This document shows positions 35,301 through 43,401 of a DNA stretch of 43,401 nucleotides, piece by piece. A model generated the notes under the pieces. It did no database searches. It had not been told where the DNA came from and was given only the letters and a program-made list of their open reading frames with translations. Source of the stretch: Psammoneis japonica (lineage: Eukaryota); NCBI GenBank assembly GCA_008632985.1, contig QPGO01000161.1, positions 124,001 through 167,401 of the forward strand, read 5' to 3'. Both the position numbers and the translations under genes were made by a program. Within the stretch, counting starts at the first letter, position 1. Every line of letters starts with the position of its first letter.

Positions 35301-38300
35301 AAGGCAGTTGGAAGTCTGGAAGCAGATTCACAAGGTGCAATTCACACTGCAGACAAGACGGCCAATTGAAGGCAGTTTGTGTGCGGTGATCAACTTGCCA
35401 TCAAGCATGTCCAGACCATGGTCAACAAGCTGATGAAACCAGCCATTGAAACCGATGACCCAGAGTCTGCTCAAGCTTTTCCAAAGGCCGTGGAATCTGT
35501 CCACCCACTCATTGGCGACCTCCACGTGAATGTTCATGTTGTCGCCGGCATTTATCTCCATTTCTGTGGTGGCATCTTCCAACCAATCCAGGCAGCGCTT
35601 GGGTGGACCCGCATCCAACGGAACACTGTTCCGAGACACAAGCTTTCAGCAAAAATGCTGGTGTTGATCCATGACCAACTGAGCCGTTTGCTCGTCCAGA
35701 AATGGACACTTGCATTGATGCCAGACAGCAGTGTGAGATTGGTGCAATGCTTGGAAGTTGAAGACATCAAAGAACTTGCTCAGCAACGGCAGCGACTCTA
35801 CATTGACTGCACCACACAAGGATCTGGCCAAGCAAAACTCACAGACCATTGTGATGACACTTGTTGCCAGCCTCGAATCATTCACAAAGCCAAAGGAACA
35901 GTCAAAGGATGCATGCGTTTGTGTTGCCATGCAGTTGTGTGAGGAAGGGAAAGTGCACAAAGAGCACAACCGGGCAACTCATCTCGGCAATCCCCACCTT
36001 TGCGAAATCCTCCGCAAGCAGCTGCTTGCATTCTTTGGAGGTCTCAAGAAACCAAGCTGTGTCGAGTTGTTTGCATCTGCCATGGAAGTCGCAACAGCGC
36101 TTCAAGAGCAATGCCTCAACAGCTTTGTCCGGATGACTGAGGACAAGGGATGCATGGCTTTTGACAACATGTGCGACTTCATCAATCTCTTGATGAAACA
36201 CATGACAAACATGAAAATGGATGTGCTCGTCCACAGCTCCCTGTGCCTTTCTTCAATGCAAGTGTGCCGCAAGTTGCAGAACAAAACAATCGGAGTCAGC
36301 AACGAAAAATTCGAAGACTCGGCCAAGATCAACACAAAATTGAATGGAGAAATTGTGTCACACCTTTTGGATGACTGTTGTCACATTCTCGATGAAAAGG
36401 GCCGCACTGAGCTTCAAGATGACTTTGTTTGGAAGCATGTCCCAGCAACCATCGCCAAGTTCATGCCAAAGGCTGCTGCAAGCAATCGCACTTCTTTGCC
36501 ACCAGAGTCCAAAGCCATCAGTTGCTTGTTCGGTGATCTTGCAAAGCAACAGCCAATCTCGCAAAAGCAAGTCGAGCAAGAGGAAAAAGATTGTGAGAAA
36601 GAGTCCGACGCTGACGATGACAACAAAGGCGGCACCGATGAAAACAACACCATTGAAAACGCCGACCCAAACAGCACATGCCAACGAATCGCAAAAATGG
36701 CCAAGTGCCCTCTTCATCAGGCCGTTCGAGGTGGAAAGGACATCCGTGAGATGGGAGCCAAGAAGCCAAAGAATTTGAAAGAGAACAGAAGTGAGAAAAT
36801 GCAAAAGCAGCAATGCCTTCTTAGACGGCTGGGGGAAGCGACAGAATGGAACAAAAAGAACATGCGATCAGCGGTTCAACTGCAAGACAACACATCTCCT
36901 TTGGTTTTGAAGCTGCTTGGGGATTGCACTGGTGACGAAGAGAGAGAGAAGCACTCATCGCGGCAACGCTGCAGTCGTTGCTTCCGGAAGGGTAAATGCC
37001 GTGACCATTTCAAGTGGAAGGAGTCATGCATTTGGCAAGCAGTGGTGGGCCATTTCTCATGGCGGTCAAAACCGGACAGGGCAAATCTCTTCTAGCTCCA
37101 GCTGCCTCCCTTCCAATGGGAGGCATGACCATTGTGTTTGAGCCTTTGTTCTCTGTTGGCGGAGATCAGACATCGTCAACACAGTTGCCCCCCCCAATCC
37201 TCGTGTTCGCTGTTGTCACCTTGACAGTCTGCCAAAGGCAACGGTTGAAGAACTGTCAGCCAACGCGATGGAGTCCAAATCACACATGCATCACCTGAAT
37301 CATTCGACAAGCATGACAAATGGAGTGATTTGATCACTTGCGTGATTGAGGACCGCTTGTTGAGCGCTGCTGTGGTGCTTGACAAAGCACACAAATTTGC
37401 TCTTGACCAACATTGCCACCCCATGCTTGCATTGATGGAATTCAAGAAGGTCATCTGAGGTCCCATGGATTGCCGCATCAACCTGTCATTGGAAGTGAAA
37501 CCTGACATGTCCGAGTGCACGAAAGCAGTGAAGAAGCACACAAAAAGTCAGTTGTCAGCACCAAAGTGAAAGGTGATTACACACAAGCACTCAGCTTCAA
37601 AAGCAGAAGCACTTGTTGATCATCTGCATGACATCTGCACTGAGACAAGTGATGAGGCTGTGTGCCTTGCCAGCAACGAGGGTCGAGTGTGCAAAGGACA
37701 TGTCACCCACGTGTTCTGTTTGGATGGCACGAAGACTCGGGTGTTGGTGAGCACTGCAGCAGGGGATTGCAGCCTCAATTGCAAGCAGTGTGGAGCGGTG
37801 GGCATGATGGGTTTCCCGTTGAGCATCAGCGACAAGGCTCAACAAGAAGGACATGCCAACAGTTGCGGCGTTGATGCAGAAGTGCTGCACGAAGCTTGGC
37901 ACTTCATTTGCATCCCTTCCTTTTAACTGTCTTTTCCCACAGATTGCAGAGACAAAAGTTGAGGAAAAGGCAAATGGTCAGAGGAAAGTGAGCATTGACG
38001 AAATCAGGAAGGAAAAGCACGTCAATTTCATGGAAGCATTGAAGCTCATGATGATCCCAGAAGGCTGCATTCACTGTGCTTGCAAGCAACAACTTGAGGC
38101 CAGTCTCATCAGAACAAATCGTGACTCACCCAAGCGCCAGAACAGGGAATTGCTTCCGCCACCTAGACCAAAGCCGTGCGAAGACTGTTGTTGGCATTGC
38201 CACCAAGAGGACATGCTTCTGGTGTCATCGCGGGCAGCCTTGAAGGCCAAGCTGCAGGTGCGGATGAATGTGGATGGACCCATTGCTTTCAAAGAGCTCC

Positions 38301-40039
38301 CCCAATTCTTTTTTGAGCACCGCAAGCAGCTGTGGCCTTTAAAATGCACGAAAAACGATGAGCCAGAGGCAAGAGAATCTTCCATGCGATTGACGTTGAA
38401 GTTGATTGTGGCGGAGGTTCTGCAGCCCTTCGTCAAGGACACCGCAAAGGGTCATGTTGCACTTCGATGGGCAACTGTTTTGAATGAAGCTGGGCAATCT
38501 ATTTTTGCCTGTGACAAAGATGCATTGTGGGAAGCTGTCCCCCAACAACAGACGCACAACTGATGGCTCCTCATGCCACTGCATCTTTCCAATGAATCGG
38601 ACGTGTTCATCACATTCTCTTGGCTTGATCGCACTAGCCACACATCAAACCATGACCTGTGAACTGTCACGCCAGGTCATTGAGCTGGCAGTCATCCACC
38701 AGCAGTTGCCGTAGAGGCCAAAAAGAGAAGGGAGGACACAAGAAGTGAGAACATCCATGACACAGGATTCAAGAGAGGCAACAAAATTGGAGACATCAAT
38801 GCAAAAAACAGAAATGTTCTCACTGGCAATTGACGCCAAGGAAGAGACACAACAGTGCCACTGAGCACTGAGAGGTGCGTCAAAGAATGCCACTGAATCC
38901 CCACCAAGCCCGCCAATCAGCCTGTGTTTTCGATCCACGCTGTGTCTTAAAGCAGGAGATCTTGCCAGAGGCGAAAACAAAAACTGCAATTGTTGAGTCA
39001 CAGAAGCAAATTATGAGCAAAATCACAACACCAACTTGCCAATTGACCTTTGCGCACATTCTTTTGTGTCTCCTGCATGCACGTGCTTGTCACTGTGATG
39101 GCATTTGTCTCATGCCATTGCTGGAGGCATTCACACTGTCATGAACTGATGAACTCCTGCACGAGGCACAAGCCCCATTGAGTGAGTTTGAATGCCAATG
39201 GTTGACAATGTCATCACATGAGCTTGCCTCCTTGACTCAGTGTCGCCAAATGAGTGTGACCAATGCACTCAAATCTGCCCAAGCGGTGAGAAATCAATGA
39301 AACCGTCCAAAAATCTCCAAAAATGTCACAAAACAGTGACGCCCAACCAAAAATGAGACCCCAGACTGTCTTTGCCTTGAATCGGAGAGCTGTGGACAAA
39401 CCATGCCTCATGCAGACACCAACAAACAACGCCAAGGCATTGCATGGACTGAGAGCCTGCGTGACAACGAGGAAGAGCCCAACCCGTGAGTGAGCACATT
39501 TCTGGCAAAAAATGCAAAGCCATTTGTTACGAACAACAGAAACAATGGTTGTGCCACAAGAAAGACAATGCCGTTGCAAGGCAACAACAAAAATGTGCGC
39601 AAGTTTCCATGTCATGACTCACAGGGCGCAACGGAGCTGAACATGCAACGACAATCAACGACACACATCAGCACCTGCCGAAAAAGTGACGATTTTGCAC
39701 TTGGTCAGTCTCGGGGATAAATCAATGAAATGTTTGCCAATTTTCTCCGTTCCAACACCATGGTGCGCTTCAACAGCGAGCATCTGAACAACCACTGAAC
39801 GGTGCAAGGCATGGCGGTTGATGCGCCGATGAAATCGATCATCATCAGAACGGCCATTTTCTGGTGTGTTTTGTGCAGAAAGCTCTGTAGAGCATTTCGC
39901 CAAATCCAGGGAGGCATGGCAACAAATTGTGAGCCACCATCCATCTTGCTTCCGCGAGAGTCTATGAGGACACCTTTGGGTGTGTGCGAGCCACGCGCGA
40001 AGAACGGTCGACGCACAGACTCACGATGGAGAGTGCATG
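32325..40039 (+). mobile_element. AcademH-like DNA transposon (putative transposase plus RecQ-like SF2 helicase) with terminal inverted repeats, degraded
   Basis: Inverted repeats at about 32325-32460 and 39915-40039. Transposase-like motifs SLAWDN, GDQL, IGDLH and LGWTRI. Helicase motifs VKTGQGKSL, TIVFEPL..VGGDQ, VLDKAH, VLVSTAAG and GFPLSISDKAQQEGHA. Confidence 0.65.
37020..38563 (+). pseudogene. RecQ-like helicase, fragmented
   Basis: Degenerate motifs I, Ia, II (DEAH>DKAH), V and VI appear in order across frames, followed by a Cys-rich region (CIHC..CEDCCWHC) like the RecQ Zn-binding domain. Confidence 0.7.
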
Positions 40040-40124
40040 CGCAGCAGTGATGATGGCTCGACGAGCGACTTGTGATTTGATTTGGATGTTTGAACAATTC
40101 AAAGCAAAACCTTTCATCGACCCT

Positions 40125-40215
40125 TGTGGATGATGGGTGCAGACCTTCAAGACATTTTGTGGGACATGAAGTCAGATTGTTCAAGTGGGCTGAGTCCAAA
40201 TGGAAAGAAACTTGT
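40125..40215 (+). repeat. Fragment copy of the beta-propeller gene (31098-31192)
   Basis: gaccttcaaga...catgaagtcagattgttcaagtggg...tccaa.tggaaagaaact is shared. Confidence 0.8.
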
Positions 40216-40587
40216 GAAGGGGTTGTGGCTGTTGCTGAAGGGTGAAGGGTCGTGGCCGTTTTGTCTTGGGTTGTGCCCAAAGTGCAAATTGAAAAGAAGG
40301 TTGAGGATGGACTGTCATTTGGTGGTTTTTTTTTTTGCAGCTTGTGATTTAAAAATTTTGTCGTGCTTTGCCCGCATCATTTCACGACACCTCTGAGCAC
40401 CCCCAAACACTCATGAGTGTTCTCAACCCCCATCAGGGCTGTTGGGCCCATGCATGAACTGCATTTTTCAACCTTCAAATGCCAGTCATCACATCATTTG
40501 GCATGGTTGTTGTGTTCAACTGGCCACTGGGGCTGGAGCCCATCAACACAAAATTCCGCCAAAGTCGTGCAGAAATGTGTGTGAACA

Positions 40588-40675
40588 ACATGCGGCACAA
40601 TCCAAAAAACTGTTGTCACAGAAGCTTTGCAGTGCGAGATCCCACCTGGAGCTGGAGCACATCCACCAAACAATG
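40588..40675 (+). repeat. Diverged direct copy of 33451-33535
   Basis: IQKTVVTEALQCEIPPGAG versus IQKTVDVTVQQCEVPPGPG. Confidence 0.7.
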
Positions 40676-41111
40676 ATCCATCCTTGCATGTGCAGAAGTC
40701 ATGCACAGCAGCACAATGTTAGACAGATGACAGCCATGCAGCAGCTGACTGTGATTTGCAAGACAAATTGCCATTCAACGCCAACGGCAATCATGGCATT
40801 TTTCAGATGCTGTCAGAAGATGACTTTGCAGCAGACACTCCACTCATCAATCAACTGTGCTGTGTTGAACATGGACTCATGCAAAAAAAGTTCCCAGGAT
40901 GAACTCCCAGTCATCTGACAACCAAGTGCATCAAACAATGGCAAAAAAACTGAGCTTGTTGCCGGCATGACATTTTGCTGTCGAACGGAGGTTGCTTGCT
41001 CAGATGGTGCACACATGCCCCTTTTTGCTCAAATGCCAAATGTTTTGTGCTTTGTCCAACATTGGTTGCATTTTTTTATGATGAGATCAGCGGCTGTCAA
41101 TTGAAACAAAC

Positions 41112-41387
41112 TGACAGGATTTGAACAGGATTTGGATGCACGCGAAGTGTCGCGCGCTGTTTAGTTTACCGCGCACAGTTTTGTGTGCTTTAGTTCCGCG
41201 CATTCACGCGCGATGTAGTTTGCTTTCGAGCCACAAGGCTCACAAGAATAATGACAGTAGCCCGATTGTACCGACTTGCACGTCTTTCGGCTCCTGCAAC
41301 GGTCTCTGAGCGGAGACTCATCTGCTGTTTAGACAGCAGCAAGGAGTTGTTGTTTGAATTCTTGCCATTTGCCTTCATTTTCTGTCA
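41112..41387 (+). repeat. 5' LTR of a CoDi-like Copia element
   Basis: TGACAG...CTGTCA terminal inverted repeat. It is homologous to the sequence following the PPT in the elements at 7.5-8.3 kb and lies upstream of gag. Confidence 0.75.
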
Positions 41388-43401
41388 GATTAACAGTCTT
41401 GCTCATTGTCAACCCATTGAGCAACCGCCATTGTCGTCGTTGATTTACCAACGATGCTGTTTCAATTCTGCGTGGACCTCCGTGTGTGTTCTACATACAT
41501 CGGCAAGTCTACGCGCATTCAATGCCAGGGCATCGGCAGGAAGTTAACGTCACCGTCAAGTCTCCTTGCCGCTGGACATCTGGATTGATCATGCTGCCTT
41601 TGATCGCTGAAGACTTGTGTTCAACGGTCACATCCAAGTCTGTCCTTGATCAACATCCCTTGATGTGCCTGTTCCTCGGTTAACGGTCAAGAACCCTGCA
41701 CATTCAAGGATCTTAGTCGCTGAAGACATGCACATGTATGTGCATGTCTTCACGGCCAAGAACCTTTATCCACTCTTCGGACTGCGGTTTTGCTGCCACT
41801 CTACAAGCACACCGAGTCCATTGCACCTGATCTGCCCCGGACCACTGGTGCTCTGCAGTTCTGCCAGGTCCACGAGGACGACTGTGAGAGCAAGCAGCCG
41901 TGATTACAGCCTACGTTGGGGCGAGGGTGCTTTCCCGCGTTTGTTCGTTCGTCCACAGCGCCCAATGCCTACGTCAACTGGCCAGCCTGATCGGGAAATC
42001 CAACCGACATAAAATGAGAACAGTTCGGGGGTCTTGTCCACCTCCAGTCAGCTTACCTGCAGGGGTTTGCAACCCGCTGCTCCGCTCGTAAGCAACCCAA
42101 AGCACCGCTGGCTGTGGGTTCGGACGTGCCGGCACAACTCTACGGACCGGATGGGAAGTTTAGCACTTGACAACGAACGGGATGACAAAGCCCGGCGACT
42201 TCTGATTTTAAGATAGTTCAAGATTTCAAGTCAAGTCCATTTCAAGTCAAGTCTGTTCTCACCCAAGTTTCGAGTCTACCTTCGCTTCCCAACCAGAATT
42301 GATTGTCCTGACACCACTTTTGTCTGCCATGGTTCTCACTCGTCAGCAACAAACCGATGGTTTCGAGCACGTTGTTGGAACCGTGCTTGCCCAAGGTGCT
42401 GGGAGTCCTCTTCGTTTGGCTTTGGCCCAAGATGGCACGGACTCGCATCAGGAACCATTCACGTTCATGCCGTCCCAAATCGACTCGCTTGAGTGCGACA
42501 ACGGCACTGATGTGATCCCTTTGCCCCGTGGTTGTGAGAACATGTTAGCAGCACTGGTCAGTCTGTACATTGTCAAAGCACACAAAGGTCTTGACGTTGC
42601 CAACGACTCCTCTTTGTTCGCGCATGACGAGTTCCTTGCCCACCGCCTCAGCCCCGACTGCATGTCTTCTGTGTCCATCGGCAGCTCACCCCTTGCACCT
42701 CCACATGTCACCAATCCGACCAAGGCACGCGACCCGGTGCGGGACTTCAAGCAAGGCATCAAGCGTGATCCCACCGCTTTCACAGCTCTCAAATCCGACA
42801 AGCAGTGGCACACTTGGCACACCTCACTTGTGGCACAAGCCCGCGCCCAAGACGTCGAGTGCATTCTAGACTCGTCGTACAAACCGACCAGCCCCGAAGA
42901 CAAACTGCTCTTTGCTGAACAGCAAAAGTGCATGTTCGCCGTCTTTGAACGCATCCTTCTCACCGACAAGGGCAAGGCTCTCATTCGCGAAAATGTGGGG
43001 TCTTCTGACGCACAGACCGTCTGCCGCTCCTTGTCTGAGCACGCGCTTGCCTCCACCCGCGCATCCATCGAGTCCTCCACCCTGCTCACGCACCTCACCA
43101 CCGCACGTCTTGGTGATGGCACTTGGAAAGGTCCGACCCACGGGTTCATCCTTCATTGGCAAGATCAGCTGCGCAAGTGCGAGGCACTCATCCCGGCCAG
43201 TGACCACTTCTCTGAAGGACAGAAGCGCGTCATGCTCGAGAATGCCGTGCTGTCAAGAACCAAGCTGATCAGCATCGTACGCAGAGTGGCAAGAGCCTCA
43301 CATGTGATCAACACTGTGGCTTGCTCCTCTCCGCGGCAGCTCAGTGCGACAGCACGTTTCAACCCAAGACGACACCTTGAGCTCCCCGACGCGCCACACA
43401 C
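41112..43401 (+). mobile_element. CoDi-like Ty1/Copia retrotransposon, 5' part (LTR, leader, gag)
   Basis: Gag peptide at about 42740-43250: DFKQGIKRDPTAF..AQARAQDV..LLTDKGKALIRE..TARLGDGTWKG..FILHWQDQLR..HFSEGQKRVMLENAV. Confidence 0.9.

Overview
Eukaryotic nuclear DNA, most likely from a pennate diatom. This rests on diatom-type Copia (CoDi-like) gag/pol, a PHYLLO-like MenC gene, a bipartite-type plastid presequence and a short GT-AG intron. The assembly appears to carry homopolymer indel errors. Ordinary gene islands include MenC+START, an FkbM methyltransferase, Fic, a kinase fragment, a TIR-domain protein, BTB/POZ, a membrane protein and a PDI/thioredoxin selenoprotein with a SECIS. These alternate with five tracts (about 5.8-9.4, 15.7-20.4, 24.3-27.7, 30.3-41.1 and 42.2-43.4 kb) made of transposons and duplicated gene pieces in which TpA is almost absent. 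Paired copies inside the window show the change directly: TpA becomes TpG or CpA (A>G on either strand), the reverse of fungal RIP. It turns Tyr into Cys/His, erases TAA/TAG stops, appears to prefer TAY sites and is separable from CpG decay. This looks like a repeat-targeted A-to-G hypermutation (genome-defence-like) process that I do not know to have been described. One affected element is an AcademH-like transposon (transposase plus RecQ-like helicase).
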